From the IMG/VR virus record IMGVR_UViG_3300007214_000006: a stretch of DNA of 64,000 nucleotides. The stretch is one strand, 5' to 3'. The position numbers and the translations under genes are program-made. The stretch comes from a virus (taxonomy: Duplodnaviria; Caudoviricetes). This document shows positions 28,901 through 40,800 of this stretch, piece by piece (positions within the stretch are counted from its first letter, which is position 1; the number at the start of each line of letters is the position of its first letter). The notes under the pieces are model-generated. The model worked only from the letters and a program-made list of their open reading frames with translations, made no database searches and was not told the DNA's origin.

Positions 28901-31868
28901 AATAAGATCCGTCCTCGGTAGTGGTGGATGAAACTAGATCTCCGGTTGGCGCACCATTATTTAACCAATTAATAAACCTTAGTGAACTTAGATAGTTTAT
29001 ATATACTGCTGGCATATTTAACATGCCATCTTTTGTAGAATAACTGAACGGCGTAGTTGAACCATTTCCGGTTCTTAGTATTCCTCCATGTACGCTATTA
29101 GACATTCTAATATCATAAAGACCATTAGCAGCAGCCCCTGTAGCCACAGCATTTAAGAAAGAAACATATTGTTTATTCGTTATCTCTGTTTCAGAGATTG
29201 TATATGGGTAATTTACTGATCCAAGATTATTTTTACTTATAGGTGTTGGTTCGGCTTTGACAGTAAATCTATTATTAAATGATTCTGTAAATAATGGAGA
29301 CGAATCAGATGGATTGTTGGTATTTTCTACAGAAGTGAACTTGAATTGCATAGACTCATTGATGTTAGCATCCATAAATCCAGCTTTTGAGCATATTCTA
29401 AATCCAACATCATCAAAACCCGACAATCTAGGGGTTGGTATATAACCCCTTAAACTATTGACATCAGATGTTCTCCACGATCCTCCGCATATATACTGAT
29501 TAGTATTGATAGAAGATATTTTTTGATCATCTTCTATCCACTCATAAACATTTCCGTTTTGATCATATGTTCCATAAAAACTTTTTCTACCATTGGTTGA
29601 TACAACGCTAACCATTCCAGTCCAATATACGGATCCTGGAGTATAAGCAGCCTCCTGGAAATTCACTGTATTATTTGATCCACCAACTCCATTACCATTC
29701 ACAGAAATTTTAACAGGAATAGGGTCTATCGACGAGCCATCTGCTGATTCTAATTGAGTAGCATATTTATAATATTTACCTGATGGCTGGGTATTGACTG
29801 TTGCTTTAGCAAATATATTTAACGCTGGTATATCGCTAGTTCCATAAATCAAAAAATCTATATTCTTTTTTGTTGTATTAAAAATTGTTGGAATATTTGG
29901 TCTGGTGCTAAGTTGAATTGCAGTAGCATCAGAAACAACACCAGAAGTATACAATTCATTTTTTAATACTCCGCCTCTTGTGATAGAGAATATACTTAAA
30001 TCTCCAGATAGATTAATACTATCCTGAACAACCAATCCAGTAATTTCATCATTTGTAACAAAAATATCTTCTATTGTGTTGTATAATATACTATTATCAG
30101 AAGTGTTATTTATTGCTATTTGATCTCCAATAACAAATTCTTCTATTGGGGCTGGGGTTATAAGGTCTATTTCTTTAGTAGTTTTACCTATGCAAACTTG
30201 ACCGGATCTACTTGGATATCTAGTCCAGGATAAGTCTTTTCCACCTAGTCGAGGATTACCTGTTTCATATGGCCATAAATCAGAAATATTTAATTGAGAA
30301 ACTACTGTACCGCCATCAGTGGTTGTTAATATTTTTCCTGCGCTCTGATTGCCCAAACCTGGAATTTTGAAGCCTGTTGTTGCAATAATTCTTTGAGAAG
30401 AATCTAAACATAATAATTGATTTGTTTGATTAATATATGGCAATCTTAATGATGTTAAAACGGATACTACACCAGTTGTAACTATATTAGAGGCTCTTAT
30501 CCCGACAGACGAATCATTACCAGTACTTGCTATAGAAATAGAAGAAGACCCTAAAGAAATATTACTGTTGTTAAAACTTATACTATCGCCAGAAGACGAT
30601 ATTTCTAATTTTGCGCCACCATTGGAAATCAATGTTAGATCTGGATCTGTACTAATAGTTGTTTTAGATAGTATTCCATCAGAAACTACAAAATTTATTT
30701 GCCCATCTCCATTTACAACAGATTTAGTATTAGCTTCTATTGATGCATACGAAACTTTATTTCCGCTATTGTTTTTAGCAGAGAAGGAAACCTTGCCAAT
30801 CGTCCTGTTGTCGGCGTTATTTAATGAGTATGGATTTTTATATAAAGCTATGTGGGCGGGAAATTCGCATGAAGATTTATTTTCTAATCTTAGATCTTCA
30901 TTGCATATATTATTTATAATATGAAAAACTGTGGCTGGTTTTATGCCGGATGGCATATTTAATCCAAATCGTCCATCGTGAGTAAAGATCAAATTTCTAG
31001 AAGGATAATTGGGTAAGTTGCCACTGCCATATACTATAAAATTACCTGATTCTTTAGTTTGATTAAATATTGTATCAAAAGATCCAGATGAAGGAATCAC
31101 ATTTTTAGCTAAATTTTCTGTAGAAGAACCAAATAAAATTTTATTATTATTTCCAACATAAGCATTAGCTCCAGCAAAAGAACCCGCATCATTATACTGT
31201 AATGATCTATCATCTCCATGTGGTGTGCTTTGTGCAGAAAACGCTGATTCTGCATCGTAAGATAAAGTGGATGTATTACTATTATTGGTATTCAGTATCA
31301 CCCAATCTTTGCCGGTTGACACAATAGAAGCATAATCATCATTTGATAAAGATAATAAATGGCTGTTCTCATATTTAATAGATAATGATCCCGATCCGAT
31401 AACTTTAAAAAATATTTCTAATCCAATATTATTTTTAGGATTCAATAAGCATGCTTCTATATATCCGGTTGATGTATCAACTATGTAAACTGTCTTTTTG
31501 TTATCAATAGTAAAATTATTATTTTTAACAGAAACATTATTAAATCCTGTATTAAAATTTAATGAATTTACAAACAAATAAAACTGTTTTGTTCCTCTAT
31601 CAGAAAATTGAGTTTGATGATTATTATTTGATGAAGAAACCACCGTTCTATTTGTTATCACTATTGCAGAATCTCTTTTATAAATTTCTCCAGCGCCAAT
31701 TTCCCATTCTATTGTATTTGAATCTATAATATTTCTAGCTAAATATGGTATAGTAGATCCGATATGAGATTCGTTTAGATTGTTATATCCTGGTAATGTA
31801 TTTAATATGACTATATCATTATTATTATTAACAGAAAAAAGACATCCTATATTATCGAATATATGCAT
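25965..31868 (-). CDS. Tail fibre/adhesin (1967 aa) with a permuted FGE-sulfatase (C-type lectin fold) domain and two C-terminal FN3 domains
   Basis: GTYDQNGNVYEW, GGSW, GFRI, EITNKQY, LPSLNEWHKAAYY; PGQPTNV..LEWQAPENDGG..Y.IEY and PGKPQSL..LSWTAP FN3 repeats. Confidence 0.8.
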   Translation of the reverse strand: MHIFDNIGCLFSVNNNNDIVILNTLPGYNNLNESHIGSTIPYLARNIIDSNTIEWEIGAGEIYKRDSAIVITNRTVVSSSNNNHQTQFSDRGTKQFYLFVNSLNFNTGFNNVSVKNNNFTIDNKKTVYIVDTSTGYIEACLLNPKNNIGLEIFFKVIGSGSLSIKYENSHLLSLSNDDYASIVSTGKDWVILNTNNSNTSTLSYDAESAFSAQSTPHGDDRSLQYNDAGSFAGANAYVGNNNKILFGSSTENLAKNVIPSSGSFDTIFNQTKESGNFIVYGSGNLPNYPSRNLIFTHDGRFGLNMPSGIKPATVFHIINNICNEDLRLENKSSCEFPAHIALYKNPYSLNNADNRTIGKVSFSAKNNSGNKVSYASIEANTKSVVNGDGQINFVVSDGILSKTTISTDPDLTLISNGGAKLEISSSGDSISFNNSNISLGSSSISIASTGNDSSVGIRASNIVTTGVVSVLTSLRLPYINQTNQLLCLDSSQRIIATTGFKIPGLGNQSAGKILTTTDGGTVVSQLNISDLWPYETGNPRLGGKDLSWTRYPSRSGQVCIGKTTKEIDLITPAPIEEFVIGDQIAINNTSDNSILYNTIEDIFVTNDEITGLVVQDSINLSGDLSIFSITRGGVLKNELYTSGVVSDATAIQLSTRPNIPTIFNTTKKNIDFLIYGTSDIPALNIFAKATVNTQPSGKYYKYATQLESADGSSIDPIPVKISVNGNGVGGSNNTVNFQEAAYTPGSVYWTGMVSVVSTNGRKSFYGTYDQNGNVYEWIEDDQKISSINTNQYICGGSWRTSDVNSLRGYIPTPRLSGFDDVGFRICSKAGFMDANINESMQFKFTSVENTNNPSDSSPLFTESFNNRFTVKAEPTPISKNNLGSVNYPYTISETEITNKQYVSFLNAVATGAAANGLYDIRMSNSVHGGILRTGNGSTTPFSYSTKDGMLNMPAVYINYLSSLRFINWLNNGAPTGDLVSSTTTEDGSYYISESAGTIAVTRKKDPKYWLPSLNEWHKAAYYVPMPTETISSSGTAITVNRLAPFEYGSGLISALSISGNLYADSLNLGPSDSQVLSANSSGNYFHIKLGGDNTVVESSPTALVTGTFGTVISNTGIVFATTGNTVFINKINPINLVNITPSGTEFYQSIFIGSGLDSKGGVRISPSGGLEYLGSDGNVVPGGMFPGSSGGFLFKVNDTKVISSDYLKSEYMVVSSIDSTGGTVNNSGLYPVLNGTAENAIIHNSSQGYLTASNWFGIGLAPSQAQSLGNYVVGIYKPSGGQSSTEPELPPALYTDRIFVGPLVPGFSGSILTHNGTGPALWKQPDYLSAPGVTWTRYPRRAIEFMGIEAEGDIDRFRFIVLDESKGGTGPIDLNDISQEFAYNETIAIYNQNKEVFYVKVANISLVDARASDGTKDFFTDEADLIVTVCPPIPESFYSQSQLVLGEGDVDNGRYIGYAFSIQKGAYLEMKIEPEAVEGFTCDGLSTDSEYRFKPSTINTISIRPNIYTTFNKIAEDIDFIVYGHRKTLFTRYEPEWFGTNENGVPSGLVPAFRVHASIPNSVLGSLESGIFRKTDIVQNQQIVRATGIQLDIKPKITINRNNPYAITSLSGVYEGIISYASTPEENLALEKEYGLEISSTGVLVSGNLPLSNYADLSVDGYTYSKGVITNELVLNPVWDGAIPVPYEESINKKLYVPNYPLTINTLGQIVSLIPPPNPELPGQPTNVVATPKYNAIVLEWQAPENDGGKPIYAYLIEYYSDIAEDWLPLESEQITSDGLPLVADPATYRYIGNLFSTTSYKFRVIAISVVGKSQPSDPTPLVTPSSDVPGKPQSLSIVRNQYDALLSWTAPISDGLAPRDGYIVYYWPDDGITPIGQFSWITYNGSVSPTATNLLISNISENNTYFFKIVAINSYGSSEPSELRSVGTDGDPRSTQTDPSPTFGSDSFDFSGGPSGLGMMFTGVCY

Positions 31869-31894
31869 AGTTTAAAGCTCATTATAAAAGGGTG

Positions 31895-34800
31895 TTAGGC
31901 TTGATCAAAAGGATTAATTAGTGGCGCTCCTGCTGTTTGATTTAATGCTGTTAGTTCAGCAAATTTTTCTCTTATAGAATCCATAGCAATATCTTGTAGA
32001 TCTGGTGATAACTTATTCAATGCAGAATCTCCATTAATTATCACATTATGAGTATGTGTTACTGTTATAGTTATTTCCTGTGGTATAGCACTTAATCCGG
32101 CCAAAGTATCGGCTACGCTCTTAAGTCTATTGGTAAATTCACCAATCTTATTAAGAGTATCCGTATCAATAGATGATACACCATTTGTAGTTGTTGTGGT
32201 CAAACCGCCACCAATAGCAGAGGATGCGTTTTGAAAACCCGTAGTGATAGCGCTTGTAATTTGGCCAAAGATATCACCCATAAAAGAAGATAAATTGAAA
32301 CTGCTATTATTTGCTGACGTTATACCAGCTGTTTCGTAATAGTTGGGGAATATAATCCCGCCGCCTGATAAATATTTTACTATTCCTCCCCTGCTATAGT
32401 GGCCTTCATTTATAGCTTTTAGAACAGGTAGGTGCTTTTGAGTAGCAGCCCTATTAACTACAAATTCTCCGGGTGTTAGCATCGCAGGAACGGTATCTGT
32501 GCCTCTTGGTTGATAATTAACTAATGCTCCTTTGCTAGCATAAACTACCCCTCCGTTTGACATGGTTGCTGTTTGTTGAGCTGCTTCTTCTGCTTTTTTA
32601 GTTTGTTCTTCTTTTAGTGCTCCTGTGGCAATAATTATTTGAGCAACTTGGTTTGCGGTAAGGGTGTCTCTTCCGTTTTCTAAATTTAATAATGGTTTAT
32701 AAGATTGTGAAAATTCATTCCAGTTTTTACTACCCTCATCAGATTTCATTGCTTTTAAGGATGTTGCCAGAAATTTATAATCAAGAGCTTCGACCCAATT
32801 ATCGGAACGACCCAGCTCGGTATCGTTTGGCTCACCAGTTGCCATTCCAGTATTAACCAACCGATCAAATTGATGGAAATACCATTGTAGGCTTTCTAAT
32901 CTGTCTATTTTTTCTTCTCTTAATGCATCAGTAGGAATAATAGATTCTCCGTATTTATTTTTTCCTGATGTATAGAATGATATTAATTGATCAAATAGAT
33001 TAGATCTAGTACCTATATCCGGAAAAACTCTTTGAGGATCAAGAGCTAATTCTCTAACCTTATTCCAACTATCAGGGGTAACATCTTTTTCTACCTTGGC
33101 CTGTCCTGATGCTCCAAAAGCATAACTATCTCCTTTTGCAACTCCTAATGGATTGCCTTTTTCGTCAACCGGCTGTTCATATGCGGTGCTTGTCATACTG
33201 CCTGTTTTAATCATAATTTCTCTATTTATAATAGATTGTAATAATTCAGGAGATGCCCCGGTATAATTTTTGTAATATCTTATAACATTATTTCCTAAAG
33301 TGCTTTTTTCTATTAAAGGCTCACTAAATGCATCGTCCGCCATATTCACACCAAGATTTTGTAATAATTTAGCATCTTTATTATTATATATCTCGGCAAA
33401 TGCTGCCCTCCATGCATCTATACTGTGTCTAGCATAACTATCACTAGGAGCATTGGCGGGAATTTTGGAACTTATTGCAATAGCTGTGTTTCCTATATCT
33501 GCTATAGTAGTAATGTCTTTTTGTAGTGCTTCCTGCACATTTTTGGGTGATGATGTTTTAGCTAATTTATAGAACGCTCTAGCCAATGTTATTCTTTTAG
33601 CATCATTTACTTTGGCTAATTCGTCCATAGAAAAATCAGACTTAACTGCTGAAATTGCTTTTTCTTTTTCTATTTTATCTAGATTTTTTTGTCTAGCCTC
33701 TAAAAATTTAGAAAAATCATATGGAACCTCGGGATGATCTTCATTAGATAATGTAAAAGGCTCGACATTTGGATATGATGAAGGATCAAGGAATTGGGTT
33801 GTTTTGAAATTTGTTTGCTCTCCAGATAAGATCTTAGTAAGGCTGTTATTTAGGTCGGTTGTCCAAATAACGCTGCCTTGAGGAATAATGCCACCAGCAA
33901 AAGGATTAACAGGACTAATATCGGGTGATTGTGGCTCTATAAAAGCGTACCTTGGGCTTATAGGCTCATCAGTGTATCTACGTGAACCCATATTGAATTT
34001 AAGGCTTGGAGCTAGATATCTGCGATATGTAAATTGAAGACCATCTTTATTATATTCTTCAATTTTACTATTAACGTTTTTCTTAACTAGTTCAATATTA
34101 TCTTGGATATTTCCAAAGACAGAATTATAGTCCTCGGGGGTAAAGCCAGCATCTGTCCAAGCGAAAGATTTAATGTTATTATTCGCTAGATCTTTCAGCT
34201 TAATAAAGTCATCACCAGTTTCTGAAAAATTAAATGACTTTTGAGCTTTTAATGCTGATATTCGACCAGAATAGTCTGACCATTTTTTACTGATATTTTC
34301 GTTATAAAGAGTTAATGGACTTTGGTATCCCTCTATTGTTTTATTGAACGGGGCGCTTGGGATAGTGTTATTAAATAAATTTTGAAAGTTTGATATTCTC
34401 TCTTTATTTTTCAAAGACTCTTCTGTTTCTTTAAATGATTTTTTATCTTTTAAAATAGAATGTGTTGTTGTTAAATTTTCTTGTAAAATAAAAATTTTAT
34501 TTAAATAATCGCTTAAATAGGACATAGAGTCACCAAGATCATCAGATACTATCTCTGTTGCAAAATTTTGATTTCGTAATGGTTTTGCTGCTATTTTTGG
34601 CAAATAGTTTCCTCCTCCTATGTATTCGCCTGCATCAAACGTAACGGTATTAGAATTTCCGGCATTAGCTTTAAATAGATCATTGACTTCTGATGGCAGC
34701 AATAAAGCCCCATCAGAAATATTAGAAGCAGATTGGGTCAGATTTTTAATCACCCATGTAACCTGATTATTTTTTAGTTTCTCTTCTTTTCCTGGACTTA

Positions 34801-37800
34801 TTGTACCATCTGCATTACGTATTAAGGACGTTTTAGTATTTTTTGTTGAAACAGAAAAGGATGGTGATGCCTGATTTGGTTTTATCTTATTAAGATCATA
34901 AATTATTTTATTTTTTCTTGCTGTTATTAATTCACCATTATTTTTATCTATAAAAGGTAGCATTTCTGATATTTTATTTGTTTTTTCTATAATATCATTT
35001 AAAATTGCCGATCCTTCTTCTATGCTTAAAGATGTTGTTTGATTTGTAGCATCGTCAATCCATTTTCTAGATGGAAGCTCAGTGAATTTTCTGGATAATT
35101 TATGTTTACTTTGGAACTTTAATGGCACAGAGTTATTGCTTGTTGATTGAATTTCATCAACACCGGTACCGAGCCCCCAAAATAAAGATTTTCCTGTTAT
35201 TAATCTGTTTATATTTTTAGGTCTATTTATATCTTTGTTTTCATATAATTCGTCTGATGATAATAAATCTTCTTGAGATCTTGAGCTTAAAGCATAACCA
35301 ATATTATCAAAGAAATAAAATTTTTCTTTTGTAATATCATTAGCGTTAATATATTTCCAATTTATATTATCTAATTTTATGCTTTTATTAGTCCTACTTG
35401 TCTGTTCGTAATCTCTTTCGGCTTTGTCTTCTCTTTCTTTTTCGTCAGCTATATTTGACCATTTCTCATCTACAGCAACGTATCCTCCATCAGCATAATA
35501 TTTTACCCTACCTCCACTACTATATCCTCCACTATTAATTTTATTTAATAACGGTAAATGTTTTTGCGTTGCTGATCGATTAACCACAAACTCGCCAGGA
35601 GTTAACATAGCAGGAACAGTATCTGTGCCTTTTGGCTGAAAATTTACTAATTGTCCAGCAGCAGCGTATATTATACCTCCTGAGCTGAAACCGTCTGCTC
35701 CCATAGCCCCTGGTTTATTTTCAACAACCTGTCTTAACAGTTTAATTTCGTTTACAACATCGTTTAATTGAGCTCCCTCAAAGGTAAATTTAAATGTACT
35801 CATTACTGATGCAAGTTTTGTGGCCGCTGTTTCTTCGGTATTTTTGGCTATGGCTAAATTTAAAAGACCAAGTTCTTTATTTGCAAGTGCCTGTAAATCA
35901 ACTGCTTTTTTATATTCGGCGATTGCTGCTTGCATCTCAGGGTCACCTTCTGGATTTCTTAATGACTGAAGGACCTCTGCCATCATAGAATTAACGCCAA
36001 CACCACTCTCCATAAGCATGCTTTCCAAAACATTAGCTTTCATTTCGTTTTGTTTTTCGCCAAGAAATGGTGCTATCATATTAAAAGCATCCAAACTTTC
36101 TTTTCTCTGTTCTGCACTACTACCAAAGTTAATTCCGCCCTGCATATTATTATTTAATCTGTCCATTGCCCTATTTAGCTGACTAAATTCTTGAGGACTA
36201 CTAGTCACCAGCCTTTCGGCCATATTGACACCGGCCTGTCTTTTTTGTTGTATCTCATTAATCTTGGCCATTGCGATACTGGCCATTTCGGTATTGTCTG
36301 CCATGCTCTTTAATGCGTCATAATTTTCTCTAAGAGCAATATTTGTATTTCTTAGCCTGTCTTGCATTAATTTAAATTCGTCAGCTCCACCAAAACCTCT
36401 TTGGCCAGCAGTATTACTCATGCTTTGTTGAGTTGCTCTTCTATCTTCCAATCTTCTAATATTTTGAGCTATAGCTGCCGGATCAGTTATTCCTCCAGTT
36501 TGACTTCTAACTCCAGCAGTAGCAACGTTCATTTGATCTCTCAAAGATATCTCTTTTCCAAGAACTTTATCCAATTCCATTTGACCTCTAATTTGTATAT
36601 CAGAAGCTCTTCTCATTCTAGAATTAGCTTCTACTTGTAAATCAACCATTTGATTCATGCTATTTGCATAATCATTTAATCCATTTTGCCAATGTTCTAA
36701 TGCTTTGAGTGCTGCTTCTTGTGCTCTTCTTGTAGCATCCATAACTTTTCCAAGTTGAGGAACTTTTTCCATTAAATCTCCAAAATCTATCTTTTCATCA
36801 CCCTTTTGTCTAATTTGTCCTATAGCTTCATTGACTTGCTTGCTTAGTTTTGCAGATAAATCTGGCGGTATTTTTAGGTCTTCGAGTGCTTTTGATATAT
36901 TGCTTTGTATCCTGATTCCAATTTTTTCATTTCCAGCTGTTGGGTCTTCTTTTATCGTTTTGTTAATAGTTGACATTATAGTATCTTCTATCGCTCCTCC
37001 AGCTTGTAATAATCCTTTCATTGTTGCTGATTCTGATCCAAACATATTGGCTGCATTTTGTGCGGCAGATGCTCTCTCGGTTTTGTTGTAAGCCCTTGGG
37101 TTTTGTAACACATTCATGCTTTTTAACGCAACTTGACCAGCTTTTGCATTTCCAGACAAAGCAGATGCTGATAGCTCTGCTTGTTGACTTAAATTATTTA
37201 ATTGAAAAACATTACGTCCAATAGCTTGTTCCATATTCTGAAACATTCTTTCTAAGCTATTTTGTAAATGATTTGCTGATCTATTTAGCTCTTCCAAAGA
37301 TTTTTCTTTTAGGATTTTTGTTTGAATTTCTCTAGCTTTTCTTTCACCGTTTGCTGCTATAATACCAGCGATCATTGCTGATTTTTGTTCTTTTTGAATA
37401 TTTGTGCTATTTTCAATATTCATAATCTGTTCTTGTACAGATGCGTCCGCTAAAGCAAGACTTCTAATAAAGGAGTCGAACTGGGGTTTATTTTCTGTCT
37501 CCAGATCAGATATAGATGTTCCAGATTTAATATTACTAGTTAAAAATTGTTGAGTAGCCTCTGCTGCCCCACGAAAATCAGCAGCTCTATCTCTTGACTT
37601 TTGTGGAATTAATGTAGAATATTGTCTAGATAATCCTATATCTGACGAAGAGTATCCTAAAGAATTTTTATTGGACATTCCAAACATGTTTGATATCGGA
37701 TCTTCTAGTGTTTGTATATACGAGCCAACGCCTTTTGAAAATAATACTTCTGATCTTTTATCTACATTTTCTCCATAATCAAAAAGATTTGCAAATCCTA

Positions 37801-40800
37801 ATTGAGGTTTATTTTTTGCCGTTATAACATTTTCTGTCTGTCCTATGGTCTGCAATACCTGCGTCCTAGCTGTTTCTTTAACGGATCTATCTTTTAAATT
37901 TTCAGAAAATTTTTGTAAACTATTATTTGTTATTTCTATTGATGTCTCTAATTTTTTTTGTTCTGACGATATTGCAAATTCTCTAGCGGCATTTTCAGCA
38001 TCAATAAAGGCTTTTGTCAATCCTATTACTGCTGTCGTCACCATTGCAACTGGTCCAGCAAATTTGGCGATACCACCCATACCTTGTGTCATCTCACTAA
38101 CCATAGACCCCATCATCACAGAGCTGCCTATGGCAGTAGTCGCTCCCTGAGTTAGCGATTGTGATCTTGCTTGACTTGCTGTTTTTGCTTCTCCTCCAGC
38201 AAACAAATCGCCTATCATCGGAATAGCCATACTTAGCATAAAAGCTCTATTCATTGCACTATTTTGTCTATCTCCAGATGATCCGGCTGCTACTGCTCTT
38301 CCTCCTACAAGCCCACCATTGTTTCTTCTTCTATTCGCAGCATTTCCAGCTAAAATAGCTTGTGAACCAGCACCCCCTCTACCAAATCCTGCGTCTATCA
38401 AAGCTTGTTTTCTTGCTGCTGGGTCTAATGCCCTAAAACTATCACTTTGAGTTAAATCTCTCATAGAAGCCGATGCTCTACGACCAGCTGCAACAGGAGC
38501 AATTCTGCTATTGGCAGTTGTTTGAGCATTTCTTGCTTGTTCTTGTGAAGAAAATGGCATTACTCCAATATTTTTTAATGTGTCTGGTAATACATTAGAA
38601 ACCAAATTTCTAGCCCTTAATCCAGTTGATCTTATTGCTCCTCCTATTCCTCCAAGTCTATTTTGTCTTATTCGTTGAATTTCTTCTTGTCTATCTCGTC
38701 TCTTATCACTGGAGTATATACTATCATAATAATCTCTACCAGTTTGATTGCCTCCAGCGCGTCTCTTAGGATTATATCTACTAGACGGTCCAGAAACATC
38801 AGTCATTATTGTTTTCAAGCCTTGCTTATACTGCATAACTGCTGTTTTTTTTGCTTGTGCTATCTCTTTATCTGATTTTAATGACATTTTCATTAATTGA
38901 TTCGTCACCTGAGCATCAGTTAGATTTACTCCATATTGTTTTAGAGCAGCTTGTTTTATTCTCAGTATTCTTTGATCGATATCTATTGTGTCTGTTGCAT
39001 ATTTTTTTTGTATAGCTTGTATTCTATCGTCTCTTTCTTGACGAATGTTTCTTCTTAATGTTCTAGCCTGTGGTGTTGCTTCTGCAGTTTGCTGTCTTTG
39101 TTGCTGTCTCCTTCTAATTCTGGCTCTAATTTTATCTTCTCTTTGTTGAAGAGCATCTGCTTCTCCAGCTCTTATATCATATGTCATACCAGATCTTATA
39201 TATTGTCCTGGCTCTAATGGTCTAACAGTTGTTCCTCTCGCAAACTTCTGAACAACTCCACCATTATGATATTTATTTAATTTATGGAGATTAGAATATC
39301 CTATAGCTTGAGCAGAATGTCTGTTAATAACATACTCGCCCTCTTGGGCCATGATGGGTATTTCTCCACCAGCAGCATATCTACCTCTAGCTCTTAAATA
39401 TTTTTTTTGCTCTGTGGTTCTACCTTCATAATCAGAACTTCCTAGTCCTTGTCTTTGTTTCCATGTTGCTATTCTGTCTTGTTTTTGCATTATGGAGCCC
39501 TGTACCTTTTCAAGCAATCCAGCAGGCCCCGTATAAGGTCTTAAAGATTTTGGCAGCTTTTGGCTTTCACTGGGAATTCCCCAATCAGTATAAAATAAAT
39601 CGCCTTTTGCGTTTCTTTTTGTAAATTCAGCTATAGCTTCTTCTGGGGTTAATGTTTTACCAGTAACCTCTCTCATTGCTTTTACAACATCATCTTTTAA
39701 ATATTTCGATCCTCCATGAGTTATCAATTCTGGTCCTGATTCAGGAGCGCCTCCCTCGCTTAATTTTTGTACGGCTCCACCAAAAGCAAAACCTCTAGCT
39801 TTAAGATAATTAGTAATATTGCTGGGTATTTTGCCTCTTGGTCCAGTTAAGGTTCTTTTGGCATCAACGGGAATATTAGCAAGCAAAGAATTATTAAACC
39901 AATTTCTTGCTATGGTTGCGCCAAGACCATAAGGAAAGTCAACGCTTCTATGAATCTCAGCTTCTTGTGCCATTGCCCCATATAGTTGGGGCGCAGTTTC
40001 TTTAAGATAAGAACTAATTTCATTTTGAAATTTAGCCCCCTGGCTATCTGCTATTGCTTTTTTAGAGGCTCTATCTTTATCAAATGTTAGTCCATAAGTA
40101 TATGATTTGATATTTGATGCTTTTGCGGCCATAATATTTTCTGCAGCATCATCAACAAACACACTCGAAGATGACCCGGCGGCTTCTAATATTGTGTTTG
40201 CTTTTGCTACTCCAACAGCCTTATCTGACATACCGCTTCCACCGACACCTCTAACATTACCAGCCGGTATTGGTAAACCCTTTGAAGCCAACCATGAGGC
40301 AATAGCTCCCATTGTATTTTGAGGTCTAGCACTTACAACATACATATTCGACAATAAAGAAGATAACTGATCTGGCATTCTCTTTCGAGTTTTATTAACC
40401 AAACGCACCAGACCAGACATTAATATGCTGGGTTTTGCTTTCTGTAAGCCTCTGGTTACCAAATCAAGATCACCAAAAGCTGTATAGTCTGGTTTTGTTC
40501 CCTTTTTAGCTTTGTATCCTATTGGATCTGTTTTAAGTGCTAGCGTCTTATCAAAATCAAAAAATGCCTTTGTTCCCGAACCGCCAGATAAAGCCTCAAG
40601 AATACTTTTTGTTAATCTCTCATTATTTCTTTTTCTAACACCAGATAATTCTTCTCTTGTATATTCTTTATCTAATTTAGATGCTATTGGAGCATTTTTT
40701 ATATCTATATAATTAGGATCATTTAGTTGTAACGATTTTAGTCTTGCGGCTCTAGCTGCTTTATTTTTGTCTAATACGGCACCAAAGACTCTAACAGTAA

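Noticed and set aside
29380-29510. Diversity-generating retroelement (FGE/CLec target plus Mtd-N-like fibres)
   Set aside because: No reverse transcriptase, and no template repeat differing only at adenines was seen in the window. Mtd-N is only an attachment module. A remote TR/RT elsewhere in the genome cannot be excluded.
39230-39300. Intein within the TMP (HN dipeptide in YHNGG)
   Set aside because: Not followed by C/S/T; no Hint block A/B motifs and no LAGLIDADG domain
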